Shown one piece after another: positions 53,449 through 63,336 of a DNA stretch of 64,000 bases (positions within the stretch are counted from its first letter, which is position 1; the number at the start of each line of letters is the position of its first letter). A program made the position numbers and the translations under genes. This stretch comes from Clostridium sp. (lineage in GTDB: Bacteria; Bacillota; Clostridia; Clostridiales; Clostridiaceae), in the NCBI RefSeq assembly GCF_022482905.1, contig NZ_JAKVOI010000001.1:929958-993957 (forward strand), read 5' to 3'. The notes beneath the pieces were generated by a model, which was not told the DNA's origin, did no database searches, and worked only from the letters and a program-made list of their open reading frames with translations.

Positions 53449-54346
53449 AAGAGAAGGAATAGTAATTAGCATAAGTGAAAAATATGCTAATTTACTTACT
53501 CCCTATGGTGAATTTATAAAGGTAAATTGTGCTGGTAAAAAGCCAAATATAGGCGAAGAATTTATAGGGAATGAAGTTAAAGCAGGTTTTTTTTATTCTA
53601 ATACCAGAAAAATAGTGACTGCAGCGTGTATATTGTTTATACTATCTATAGGTGGGGGCGTCAAGGCTTATTACAGTCCATCGGCTACGGTACTGGTGAG
53701 TATAAATCCGTATGTTGAACTGAAGGTAAATTTTTTAAATAGAATTATTTCTTCCAGGGCATTGAATAATGATGGAAACAAAATATTGAATCAGGTTGAT
53801 ATAAATAATGCTAATATTAATGATGGATTGAGAATTATAATTGATCAATCTAAAAAAGATAAATTCATTGATTCGGATTATACGAAGACAAAAACTATTT
53901 CTATTGATATAGACGGTAAAGATATAAATATTTCAAAATTCAAGTCTCAGATGAAGGCTTCCAACTTGAACATTGAAATTGAATCAAACGGTAATGTGAT
54001 TTTAAATAAGAATTCAATCGATAATTCAAAAGGAAGTGTAAAGGCGACTGATAACATATTGAATAAAGTTGAGCAGCCAAGTACCGGAAGCAGCTCTAAA
54101 AAACCTGATAATATCAATCATACCAGTAGAAGTCATATAAATACAGGTAGCGGCAGGTCAGCCCTGGATAAAAACAATGAAAAGAAAAAATACAATTCGA
54201 GAGGACCACACCAGTATAATAATAAAAACGGCAGTAAAATCAAGAAAAGTTATCAACATAATAACGGTCCGAATGTCGAAAGGGTAAAGAGAGTTGAGAA
54301 TCAAAAAAAGAGTCCATATAAAAAGGGTTCGAAGACATGGAGATAG
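53441..54346 (+). CDS. rsgI: anti-sigma-I factor RsgI family (RsgI_N domain, 1 TM, short extracytoplasmic domain, K/N/S-rich tail)
   Basis: The N-terminus REGIVISISEKYANLLTPYGEFIKV matches the RsgI_N pattern (G-I-V-x-x-I-x-x-x-x-A-x-V-L-T-x-x-G-E-F). TM helix IVTAACILFILSIGGGV. The ATG at 53441 overlaps the sigI stop (ATGAATAA). Confidence 0.7.
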   Translation: MNKREGIVISISEKYANLLTPYGEFIKVNCAGKKPNIGEEFIGNEVKAGFFYSNTRKIVTAACILFILSIGGGVKAYYSPSATVLVSINPYVELKVNFLNRIISSRALNNDGNKILNQVDINNANINDGLRIIIDQSKKDKFIDSDYTKTKTISIDIDGKDINISKFKSQMKASNLNIEIESNGNVILNKNSIDNSKGSVKATDNILNKVEQPSTGSSSKKPDNINHTSRSHINTGSGRSALDKNNEKKKYNSRGPHQYNNKNGSKIKKSYQHNNGPNVERVKRVENQKKSPYKKGSKTWR

Positions 54347-54349
54347 AAA

Positions 54350-54823
54350 ATGGAGGATAATATGTGCAGTGCATATTGCTATGAATTTGAAATCGGAAAG
54401 ATGGTAATTGTTGAGGACAACAGGACAATTACTCGTATATATTTTGGAGAGCATATACCCGAAAATGCTGGAAAAATTGAGACACCCTTAATTAGAAAGG
54501 CACATGAAGAACTTGATGAGTATTTTAGTGGAACAAGGAAAGTTTTTGATTTGCCGCTGGCACCGCAGGGAACGGAATTTCAGACAAGAGTATGGAAAGC
54601 GCTTTTGAATATTCCCTATGGGAAAACCTGTAGTTATAAAGAAATAGCAGAAAGTATAGGAAATGGTAAAGCATGTCGTGCGGTGGGTATGGCAAATAAT
54701 AAAAATCCAATTGTAATTGTAATACCATGTCACCGTGTTGTCGGTTCCAATGGACAGCTGGTTGGCTATGCAGGCGGTTTGAATGTGAAGAAAAAACTTC
54801 TGGATATGGAAAAGGCTTATTGA
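54350..54823 (+). CDS. ogt: methylated-DNA--protein-cysteine methyltransferase
   Basis: Active-site IPCHRVV. YGKTCSYKEIAESIG and NKNPIVIVIPCHRVVGSNGQLVGYAGGL are present. Confidence 0.9.
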   Translation: MEDNMCSAYCYEFEIGKMVIVEDNRTITRIYFGEHIPENAGKIETPLIRKAHEELDEYFSGTRKVFDLPLAPQGTEFQTRVWKALLNIPYGKTCSYKEIAESIGNGKACRAVGMANNKNPIVIVIPCHRVVGSNGQLVGYAGGLNVKKKLLDMEKAY

Positions 54824-54867
54824 CAATAAATTCATTGTAGTATATCATGAAGTAAATTGAATAATTA

Positions 54868-54975
54868 AATCTTATCAAGAGTGGTGGAGGGACTGGCCCT
54901 TTGAAACCCGACAACCAACATTTGTACATGAATGTATGGTGTCAATTCCAGCAGAATATTCTGAGAGATAAGAAA
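54868..54975 (+). promoter_or_regulatory. SAM-I (S-box) riboswitch aptamer
   Basis: CTTATCAAGAGTGGTGGAGGGACTGGCCCTTTGAAACCCGACAACC...GGTGTCAATTCCAGCAGAATATTCTGAGAGATAAG matches the S-box consensus, including the P1 pairing CTTATC/GATAAG. Confidence 0.92.
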
Positions 54976-54991
54976 AATATTTTATGAAATT

Positions 54992-55025
54992 AAAGTTGTT
55001 TTTCTTATGGAAGACAACTTTTTTA
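54992..55025 (+). terminator. S-box expression-platform terminator
   Basis: AAAGTTGT (54992-54999) pairs with ACAACTTT (55014-55021), with further inner pairs, followed by a T-run. Confidence 0.65.
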
Positions 55026-55061
55026 ATGCAAATATTTATTAAATTTATGGGGAGGAAATAT

Positions 55062-56234
55062 ATGACAAAAGAAACTAGCTTTATAACAAAATGTGTACAT
55101 GTAGGTAATGGTGTTGATAAAGAAACTGGTGCTATAAGGCGGCCTATAACCATGGCAAATTGCTATAGACTTCCAGAAGATGCATCATCGATTAACTGGA
55201 GTGATCCGAACCAGATGCTTTATACAAGAAATACTTCTGCAAATCAGCTCTATCTTCAGCAGAGACTGGCTGCATTGGAGGGCGGTGAAGATTGTGTGGT
55301 ACTGGCAAGTGGAGTTGCAGCACTTGCAGGAGTGTTTTTCACATTTCTTGAAAGCAAAGCCCATGTAATATGTTCAAATGTCTCATATATAGCGGTTTAC
55401 AGACTGCTTAACCAATATCTCCCAGATAAGTATGGAGTAGAAGCAACACTTGTAGATACATCCAATCTGGAAGAGATAAAAAAGGCAATAAGACCTAATA
55501 CGAAGCTTATTCATGTGGAGACACCGGGAAATCCAACTACAAAAATAAGCGATATTGCAGAAATAGCCAAAATTGCCAGGTCCATTGGAGCATTGTTTAG
55601 TGTGGACAGTACATTTGCATCTCCGTATCTGCAGCATCCTCTTGAACTTGGAGCCGACCTGGTGGTTCATAGCCTGACAAAGTACATAAATGGACATGGT
55701 GATGCCATGGGTGGAGCGGTAATAGGAAAAAAGGAACTTATAGACAAAATAAAAGGCCAGGCTATGGTCAATCTTGGAGGTACGATAAGTCCATTCAATG
55801 CATGGCTTATAATGAGAGGGGTTGTGACACTGCCTCTTCGTATGAAGCAGCACAGCGATACGGCACTCAAGGTTGCACAGTATCTGGAATCAAATCCATC
55901 TGTGAAATTTGTTGCATATCCAGGCCTTGAAAGTCATCCCCAGCATGAAATTGCCAAAAAGCAGATGAGGATGTATTCAGGAGTCATAGCTTTTGCACTT
56001 AAGGCAGACAGCGAGACTCACAATAAATTTATAAATGCACTTGAACTGGTTGTCCCGGCAGTTTCCCTTGGACATGATGAAAGTCTTATTGTATATACAG
56101 GCCCAAATGATGAAAGAATAAATTTCTATCCTGAAATATTCAGAGACGGATATATAAGATTCAGCATAGGACTTGAAAGTGCAGAGGATATTATTTATGA
56201 TTTAAAACAGGCACTTGAAAAATGCGGACTGTGA
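55062..56234 (+). CDS. Cys/Met-metabolism PLP-dependent enzyme (cystathionine gamma-synthase / beta-lyase / methionine gamma-lyase family)
   Basis: PLP-lysine motif SLTKYINGHGD, plus YTRNTSANQ and VETPGNPT. The ATG at 55062 follows GGGGAGG. The track start at 54984 lies inside the riboswitch terminator. Confidence 0.85.
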   Translation: MTKETSFITKCVHVGNGVDKETGAIRRPITMANCYRLPEDASSINWSDPNQMLYTRNTSANQLYLQQRLAALEGGEDCVVLASGVAALAGVFFTFLESKAHVICSNVSYIAVYRLLNQYLPDKYGVEATLVDTSNLEEIKKAIRPNTKLIHVETPGNPTTKISDIAEIAKIARSIGALFSVDSTFASPYLQHPLELGADLVVHSLTKYINGHGDAMGGAVIGKKELIDKIKGQAMVNLGGTISPFNAWLIMRGVVTLPLRMKQHSDTALKVAQYLESNPSVKFVAYPGLESHPQHEIAKKQMRMYSGVIAFALKADSETHNKFINALELVVPAVSLGHDESLIVYTGPNDERINFYPEIFRDGYIRFSIGLESAEDIIYDLKQALEKCGL

Positions 56235-56242
56235 ATTGGAGT

Positions 56243-56295
56243 AAAACAGCATGCTGCAAAACTAAGTATTTAGTTTTGCAGCATGCTGTTTTGTT
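56243..56295 (+). terminator. strong intrinsic terminator
   Basis: AAAACAGCATGCTGCAAAACTA - loop - TAGTTTTGCAGCATGCTGTTTT followed by GTTT. Confidence 0.85.
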
Positions 56296-56413
56296 TACAG
56301 GATTTAACGTATATGAATATCTCTTAAATAAAACTTAACAAGAATGTGCAGTCAAAAATTACATATAGGAAATATTATTATATTGGGGATATAAATAAAG
56401 AGGTGTCAGGTTG

Positions 56414-57010
56414 ATGATATTAAATACTCACTTAATATTTTCCAAAATTGTATATAAACATTGTTTAAAAGAACTGAATTTCAAATTAAATAAAATCCTT
56501 TTTATGTATGGAAATATCAAGCCGGATATTTCTCCTAATTCCTGTAGGAATCCTCATACTTTAAAGGATAGCTTGAATGTTGTATCTGAATGTTTTGATA
56601 AATTGTCTCATGATGAACTGGATATTAATCAGTTTTCGATGATTCTGGGGATTATGTGCCATTATATAAGTGACTATTTCTGTCTGTATCATACAGAGGA
56701 ATACAGCAATAAAAATATCTTTGGACATATAGCATATGAAATAGTACTCCATTTTAATTTACGAATTCTTCTCATACGCGGCAAGCTGAAATTAATAAAT
56801 AATAAAAGTTTACCGCAGAGAAATATTCTGTCGATTATTTTCAATATGCAGCGAGAATATTTCAAGCAGAAGAGGTCATTTCTAAGGGATATAACCTATG
56901 CTGTATCGACTATAAATATGACAGTAGAATCAATAATCTATTTCAATTCACACGATTTTTCAAATCTGGAAAGTTATGATTTGCCAAAAGACATAGGAGG
57001 GATAATGTGA
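56414..57010 (+). CDS. hypothetical protein, possibly zinc-dependent phospholipase C-like family
   Basis: About 198 aa with His-rich motifs (NTH near the N-terminus, CHYISDYFCLYH). The assignment is from weak recollection only. Confidence 0.4.
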   Translation: MILNTHLIFSKIVYKHCLKELNFKLNKILFMYGNIKPDISPNSCRNPHTLKDSLNVVSECFDKLSHDELDINQFSMILGIMCHYISDYFCLYHTEEYSNKNIFGHIAYEIVLHFNLRILLIRGKLKLINNKSLPQRNILSIIFNMQREYFKQKRSFLRDITYAVSTINMTVESIIYFNSHDFSNLESYDLPKDIGGIM

Positions 57011-58152
57011 AAGTAGCTATTTTTACAGATACTTTTTTACCCCAGATAAATGGAGTTACCAATACTCTAAGTAAACTTGTAGAATATTATGAAAAAAACA
57101 ATATTGATTATATGGTATTTGCACCTGACAATAATGTAGATGAAGATGAAAATTATAATATCCAGAGGTTTTTCAGCATAAAATTTTTCCTTTATCCGGA
57201 ATGTAGAATAGCTTTTCCTAATACCTTTAGGTTGAATGACCTATTGTCCAGTTTTAAACCGGATATAATACAGCTTATGACCGAATTCAATATGGGAATG
57301 GTGGGTCTGAAATATGGGAAAAAACATGGAATTCCTACCGTATCCAATTATACGACTAATTTTTGTCAGTATTTGAATTATTACAATCTGGATTTTTTAA
57401 GTGGTTATGTATGGAATTATCTGAGATGGTTTCACAATCAAAATAGTTTGACCTTGTGTCCATCAGAAGAGGCAAAATTCTATCTTAAAAAGAAAGGACT
57501 ATCAAATACAGATATTTTTTCAAGGGGGATAGATTCTGAAAGGTTCAATCCTGCAGTGAGAAGTGAGAATTTAAGAAGACAACTTGGTATTAATAATAAA
57601 TTGGTATTTTTATATGTAGGGAGGGTTTCACCTGAGAAGGATCTGGATATCCTGATTGATGCCTATAAAAAAATCTACTGTAAATATAGAGAAAGAGTGG
57701 CCCTTATTATAACAGGAGAAGGACCGTACATGGACAAGTGTAAGGACGATCTTCCGGAAAATACTATATTTACTGGATTTAAAAGAGGAAGGGAATTGGC
57801 GCAAATTTATGCATCCAGTGATATATTTACTTTTCCTTCTTCGACAGAAACTTTTGGGAATGTAGTACTTGAGGCAATGGCTTCAGGTATTACGGTTATA
57901 GGTGCCGATGCAGGAGGAGTCAGGAATATAATTGAGCATGGAATTAACGGACTTAAATTCAAGGCAAGGGATGCCAATGAGCTTGTTGATTTAATGATAG
58001 AGGTGATTGAGAATGAAGATTTGAGAAATGTATTGAGTATAAATGGAAGAAATACCGGACTGAATAGATCCTGGAACAAAGTTTTCGGCGGACTTATGGA
58101 CACCTATAATGATATTTTAATAAATAAGGATAACAGTGTTATCAGTGCCTGA
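57007..58152 (+). CDS. GT4-family glycosyltransferase
   Basis: KVAIFTDTFLPQINGV at the N-terminus and the GT-B C-terminal motif FPSSTETFGNVVLEAMASG (E-x7-E type). The GTG start overlaps the previous stop. Confidence 0.85.
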   Translation: MKVAIFTDTFLPQINGVTNTLSKLVEYYEKNNIDYMVFAPDNNVDEDENYNIQRFFSIKFFLYPECRIAFPNTFRLNDLLSSFKPDIIQLMTEFNMGMVGLKYGKKHGIPTVSNYTTNFCQYLNYYNLDFLSGYVWNYLRWFHNQNSLTLCPSEEAKFYLKKKGLSNTDIFSRGIDSERFNPAVRSENLRRQLGINNKLVFLYVGRVSPEKDLDILIDAYKKIYCKYRERVALIITGEGPYMDKCKDDLPENTIFTGFKRGRELAQIYASSDIFTFPSSTETFGNVVLEAMASGITVIGADAGGVRNIIEHGINGLKFKARDANELVDLMIEVIENEDLRNVLSINGRNTGLNRSWNKVFGGLMDTYNDILINKDNSVISA

Positions 58153-58274
58153 TATATTTTGACATTTTTACTTGAAATTCTACAAAAAACTACGAAAACT
58201 ATAGTAATAAAAACTATAGTCATGTTGTAGAACTTAAATTAGGACTGTAAAGTGGCTATACAGGGAGGTAACAA

Positions 58275-60332
58275 ATGAAAAAGCGGAGTATATCAACTAA
58301 AATCAACTTGATAATCATACCGGTGATATTAATTGCAATGATTTTTTTAACAGTGATTACCTATTTTAGTACTAGAGCCATAGTAAATCAACAGATAACT
58401 GCAGAGATGAACAGCAGATTATCGGACGGTTCTGAAATGACTCAAAAATTGCTGCTGAATAACGCAAGAGTTGTCCAGACTCTGGCAAAGACGGTTGAAG
58501 CCTCATATAATGTTCTAAATAAAAATAATTATGTATCAATGTTAAAAAAGTTTCCAACAACAAATTATGAAACCTGTGGTGTCGGTGTCTGGTTTGAACC
58601 ATACAAATACAAAAAGAATATCAAATATTTCGGACCGTATGCATATAAAGATAATGGCAATGTAGTTTATACTGATGACTGGAGCAAGCCTGAAAATGAT
58701 TATCCGAATCAAGACTGGTATAAGATAGGATTGGATACTAGTAAAGATATAGCCTGGTCTCAGCCATATGTCGATCCGGTAACAAAAGTTTCCATGATAA
58801 CGGCAACAGCTCATTTTTTGGATGCAGACAATAAAATTTTAGGTGTTGCTACTGCAGATATGGATTTAACCAATCTGCAAAAGAACATTAACAATATGAA
58901 GATAGGACAGACGGGAAAGGCGTTCTTAATAGACAAAAGCGGAATGTATGTAGCAACAGACGAAAAGTCAAAAATTATGACTAAAAAAATCCAAAATGAA
59001 TCAAATTCATCTCTTGCAGCTGCGGGAAGAAGTATGATTTCAACAAATTCCGGTGAAAAAACCTATACTGTTAATGGAACACGGTACAGGTTATATTTCA
59101 CTTCTGTCCCGAATTCAAATATGATTGTTGGGATACATATTTCTGAAAAGGAGTTGTTCAGCCCTGTTAATTCTTTAATGATAAGATCAATTATAATAGC
59201 AGGTGTGCTTATACTGTTAGTAGGATTGATTATCTTTAGGTCCACTAGAAGAATGACAAAACCATTAAATGTTGTTGTAGGACAGTTAAGTTCAATTGCA
59301 GAGGGCAATTTAACGACTGAGATATCTGAAAAATTTTTGACAATGAATGATGAAGTAGGGGATGTTTCACGGGCAGTAAAGGAAATGCAGGAATCACTAA
59401 AATCCTTACTTTTGGGGATGAGGGATTCATTTAATAAAATTATGGATTATACAAAGGAATTAAGGCATATATCAGATGAAGTGTCCGACAATTCTCATGG
59501 AGTTTCTTCAGCCATTCAGGAAATAGCAAAGGGAACCAGTGGACAATCAGAGGATTTAGTAAACATAGCAGGTATTGTAAATGAATTCGGTGAGGCAATC
59601 GATATGGTAGTAAATGAAATTGGTGAAATAGATGGTTCATCGAAGGGAATCAACAACAAGGCAAATGAAAGCAATAGCAAAATGCAGCTGGTAATTCAAT
59701 CAATTAACAAGGTAAATTCAATATCTTCTGGATTTAAAGAAAAAATAGGTGGATTCACCACCAGTATTGTCAAAATAAATGAAATTACCGGATTGATCAA
59801 CAGTATCGCAGAGCAGACGAATCTTCTTGCGCTGAATGCTGCAATTGAAGCGGCAAGGGCAGGAGAAGCGGGCAGGGGATTTGCAGTAGTCGCCGACGAG
59901 ATCAGAAAACTTGCCGAGCAGAGTAAAAATTCATCTGAAAATATCAAGAATTTGATTGATGGTATTTCAAACAGCATGAGTACCATAGTTGATACATCGG
60001 AAGATATGAATAAAGAAATTACCGGTCAGGTTGAAGCGGTGAATTCGGCAATTGATTCTTATAAAATTATAATTGAAGAGATCAGTGGAATGATGCCTAA
60101 AATTGAATCAATAAATACTTCAGCTGTAAAAATAGATGAGGAAAAGGAAAATATATCAAATAAAATTGAATCAGTATCAGCAGTTGCTGAAGAAGTATCG
60201 GCATCTTCACAGGAAATTGCTGCATCCTCTGAGGAAATGGATAAATCCTCGAAAAATGTTGAAGAATCAGCCAGAACATTGGAAAATATGACAAATGATA
60301 TGATGACTCATATGAATAAATTCAAGTTGTAA
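58275..60332 (+). CDS. methyl-accepting chemotaxis protein (Cache-type sensor, HAMP)
   Basis: [40 protein letters not shown] - periplasmic domain of about 270 aa - TM - HAMP. Confidence 0.9.
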   Translation: MKKRSISTKINLIIIPVILIAMIFLTVITYFSTRAIVNQQITAEMNSRLSDGSEMTQKLLLNNARVVQTLAKTVEASYNVLNKNNYVSMLKKFPTTNYETCGVGVWFEPYKYKKNIKYFGPYAYKDNGNVVYTDDWSKPENDYPNQDWYKIGLDTSKDIAWSQPYVDPVTKVSMITATAHFLDADNKILGVATADMDLTNLQKNINNMKIGQTGKAFLIDKSGMYVATDEKSKIMTKKIQNESNSSLAAAGRSMISTNSGEKTYTVNGTRYRLYFTSVPNSNMIVGIHISEKELFSPVNSLMIRSIIIAGVLILLVGLIIFRSTRRMTKPLNVVVGQLSSIAEGNLTTEISEKFLTMNDEVGDVSRAVKEMQESLKSLLLGMRDSFNKIMDYTKELRHISDEVSDNSHGVSSAIQEIAKGTSGQSEDLVNIAGIVNEFGEAIDMVVNEIGEIDGSSKGINNKANESNSKMQLVIQSINKVNSISSGFKEKIGGFTTSIVKINEITGLINSIAEQTNLLALNAAIEAARAGEAGRGFAVVADEIRKLAEQSKNSSENIKNLIDGISNSMSTIVDTSEDMNKEITGQVEAVNSAIDSYKIIIEEISGMMPKIESINTSAVKIDEEKENISNKIESVSAVAEEVSASSQEIAASSEEMDKSSKNVEESARTLENMTNDMMTHMNKFKL

Positions 60333-60589
60333 TGCAAATGAGATGAGTATGGATCAGGTAAAATTAATCTGTACTCATTTTATAATTTGATCCGTTTTTA
60401 CTTTTTAAAATGCTTATAGCATAAAAATTAATGTATGCTGTAAGTGCTTGTTTTTTGTTTGCAGTTAATTATGCTAAATAGTCCATATTTTAACATAGTA
60501 GTAACAAGGATTTAAAAAAAATGTAGTAGTGTAAAATACATAGCAGTATAATCATGATCTCATAAATACATAGAAAGAAGGATTTTATT

Positions 60590-62077
60590 ATGGAATTAAA
60601 TACATTGAAAAATGAAGAGAAAAGAATGAATCTATTTATGTTTTATGTAAATGCAATATTACCTATTATGGCATTCCTGTTCGTATATTTTTTCTTAAAT
60701 GGTAATTCAAGAGATGCCATAGTTTTCTTAATGACTGCCATAAGCATACTTATAAAACTGATGGAGAAAATATTAGGAAAATATACTAAATATCTTTATA
60801 TTTCAATTATTCCTGCTTTGGGAGCATTAACTATTGTATATACAAATGATGGTAGATTTGGAGCTATGACTCAAGCTTATTTTGTTATACTGATGTTGGC
60901 AATTGCATACTATGATAAAACTGTTGTAATAGTCAATAGTTCTGTGACAATAATATCGAATTTGATATTTGCAATTTTTTACACAAACCAATTTTTAATA
61001 ATGTATAATATTCCGGTATGGATATACATTATGATAGTATTTATGTTGGGAACTGCAATAGCAATTCTTATATCCCAACGAACATATAATTTATTTGCTT
61101 CTACTGAAAACAAGGAAAAACAAACGACAAAAATGCTTGATGCTCAGAATAGCATAATGGAAAGTGTCAACAATGTATTCAATTCACTGCAAAACAGTTC
61201 AAAAAAAATCTATGAATCTCTTGATATTTTCAACGAAACCTCTCATCAGGTTGCCAAGGCCTCCCAGGAAATTGCAGTTGATTCAGGAAAGCAGGCAAAA
61301 GAGGTTGACAGTAATTTTAAGATTTGCAACCAATTGGCCGAAAAGCTTGAAATTGCAGAAAATAAAATAGATGAAACTGTCTCCACTATGAATAGTCTAA
61401 AACAGAATAATGATTCGGGAGCAAAAGCCATTGACAAGCTTTCAGATAAATTCAAGGAAAACAGAAAATCAACAGAAGATGTGGCACTTCAAATAACAAA
61501 GCTGTCCGAAAAATCAAACTCCATAAGAAAAATAATAGATTCAATCAACAGTATTGCAGAACAGACCAATCTGCTCGCCTTGAATGCGGCTATAGAAGCT
61601 GCCAGGGCAGGAGAAGCCGGACGTGGTTTTGCAGTTGTGGCAGAAGAAGTGAGAAAACTTGCAGAACAGTCCGCAGAATCAACTCAGGGCGTGGATTCCA
61701 TTTTAGTAGAGATAATGGACATAATTTATAAAACCAAAGGAAACGTGGAAAGCAATAAAATCGTTGTAGAGGAATCCAATAAAAGTCTGGATGTTACGAT
61801 AAAGTCCTTTGACAATATTGTACTGTCATCAGACAGCATAATTGAAATGATAAATTTTTTAAAGGAAGAATTAGATAAAATAAAGGATTTGAAAAATACT
61901 CTGCTTGAATCAATGAAGAAACTGTCTTCAATATCCGAGGCTTCTGCAGCATATACTGAAGAGACAGGTGCATCAATAGAAGAACAGACAACTTCAGTGG
62001 ATATTCTTGTTAAATCCATGGATGAAGTTAAAGTTACTATTAATAAGCTTTCTGGAATTTTAAGTGAGAATTCATAA
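60590..62077 (+). CDS. methyl-accepting chemotaxis protein with a polytopic membrane N-terminal domain
   Basis: [38 protein letters not shown]. The N-terminal 165 aa or so form about 5-6 TM helices, with no periplasmic sensor domain. Confidence 0.85.
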   Translation: MELNTLKNEEKRMNLFMFYVNAILPIMAFLFVYFFLNGNSRDAIVFLMTAISILIKLMEKILGKYTKYLYISIIPALGALTIVYTNDGRFGAMTQAYFVILMLAIAYYDKTVVIVNSSVTIISNLIFAIFYTNQFLIMYNIPVWIYIMIVFMLGTAIAILISQRTYNLFASTENKEKQTTKMLDAQNSIMESVNNVFNSLQNSSKKIYESLDIFNETSHQVAKASQEIAVDSGKQAKEVDSNFKICNQLAEKLEIAENKIDETVSTMNSLKQNNDSGAKAIDKLSDKFKENRKSTEDVALQITKLSEKSNSIRKIIDSINSIAEQTNLLALNAAIEAARAGEAGRGFAVVAEEVRKLAEQSAESTQGVDSILVEIMDIIYKTKGNVESNKIVVEESNKSLDVTIKSFDNIVLSSDSIIEMINFLKEELDKIKDLKNTLLESMKKLSSISEASAAYTEETGASIEEQTTSVDILVKSMDEVKVTINKLSGILSENS

Positions 62078-62192
62078 AATTTTAGAGCATTAAATTTTAA
62101 AATCGTTAAAGCCTAGATACATATGTTTCGTCAAATGTTTTTAAGTTGAATTTAATTAAACCTAGATTATAAAAAGAATGGAGGATTTTATA

Positions 62193-63197
62193 ATGTACAA
62201 TCATAATGCTGTAATTAGAGGAATTGAATATTATCATCCTAAAAATAAGGTTGATAATAAATTTTTTATTGACCACTTTAATGAACAGGGGAAAAATATA
62301 GATGATTTGTTGAAGACTACAGGAAGAAATACTAGATATATTTCAAAAGATTTTAATGAAACAGTAGTAACTATGGGAGTTAAAGCAGCTAAAAAAGTAT
62401 TAGATAGTACTAATATTAATCCATCGGAATTAAATTTAATAATCTTTTCTTCAGGTACTCCTGAATATCTTTCACCATCTAATGCTTTGGAAATCCATGA
62501 GTTAATACAGGCAGGTCAAAAATGTGCAGTATATGATTTGAATGCTAATTGTGTTGGTATGATTGTTGCGTTAGAACAAGCTAGTAGAATTTTTAGAGAT
62601 AACATTAATATAAAATATGCACTTGTTATCGGCTCAGATCAATTAAATAAATATTCAAGATTTGATGAAGCTATAACTTATTCTAATTTTGGAGACTCAG
62701 CTTGTGCCATTATATTAGAAAATATTTCAAATACAAATGCAGGATTTATTGACTCGGATTTTTATACAAACTCAAGAAATTATGATAAGATACTTTTACC
62801 AGCTAAAGGCTTAACTCTAACTATCCACGATAAAAGATTAAATATAAAAGATAAATTAGTTAAATGGATACCATTTAACTTCGATGGAGCTTTTCACAGT
62901 GCGAAAATATCTATAGAAGAAGTGCTTACCAGAAATAATTTGCAGAAAAAAGATATAAAAAAATATTTTGTATCCCAATTTGCAAAGAAAAGTATTGAAC
63001 AAATATGTGATGATCTAAATGAAGATATAAAAAAATTTACATTTGTAGGTGATAAATTTGGGTATACAGGGACTACAAGTCCATTTTTAGCTTTTTCAAC
63101 ATCAATTGAAAAAAAAGAGATTAATAAAGATGATTATATAATTTTTTGGTCTGTTGGGGCTGGTACAACATGCAGTTGTGTTCTATACAAATATTGA
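62193..63197 (+). CDS. KAS III (FabH)-like thiolase-fold enzyme lacking the canonical His and Asn
   Basis: Active-site Cys context NANCVGMIVALEQA. By-eye alignment to E. coli FabH puts VSQFA where PHQAN is expected and FGYTGTTS where HGNTSAAS is expected. The ATG at 62193 follows GGAGGA. Confidence 0.75.
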   Translation: MYNHNAVIRGIEYYHPKNKVDNKFFIDHFNEQGKNIDDLLKTTGRNTRYISKDFNETVVTMGVKAAKKVLDSTNINPSELNLIIFSSGTPEYLSPSNALEIHELIQAGQKCAVYDLNANCVGMIVALEQASRIFRDNINIKYALVIGSDQLNKYSRFDEAITYSNFGDSACAIILENISNTNAGFIDSDFYTNSRNYDKILLPAKGLTLTIHDKRLNIKDKLVKWIPFNFDGAFHSAKISIEEVLTRNNLQKKDIKKYFVSQFAKKSIEQICDDLNEDIKKFTFVGDKFGYTGTTSPFLAFSTSIEKKEINKDDYIIFWSVGAGTTCSCVLYKY

Positions 63198-63336
63198 ATA
63201 ATTTAACATTAAAATTATTTTTAAGTTTAGCTTATAGATACTTTGAGTTGTTTTTGCAGACTGCTGGAGTTTTTAATTTAGCAGCTGCTATTTTTTTAGA
63301 AATTGAAAAAATCACATTACATATGGAGGAATGTTT

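Noticed and set aside
54984-55061. The track's ATG at 54984 as the start of the PLP enzyme
   Set aside because: It lies inside the riboswitch expression-platform terminator and has no RBS. GGGGAGG precedes the ATG at 55062.
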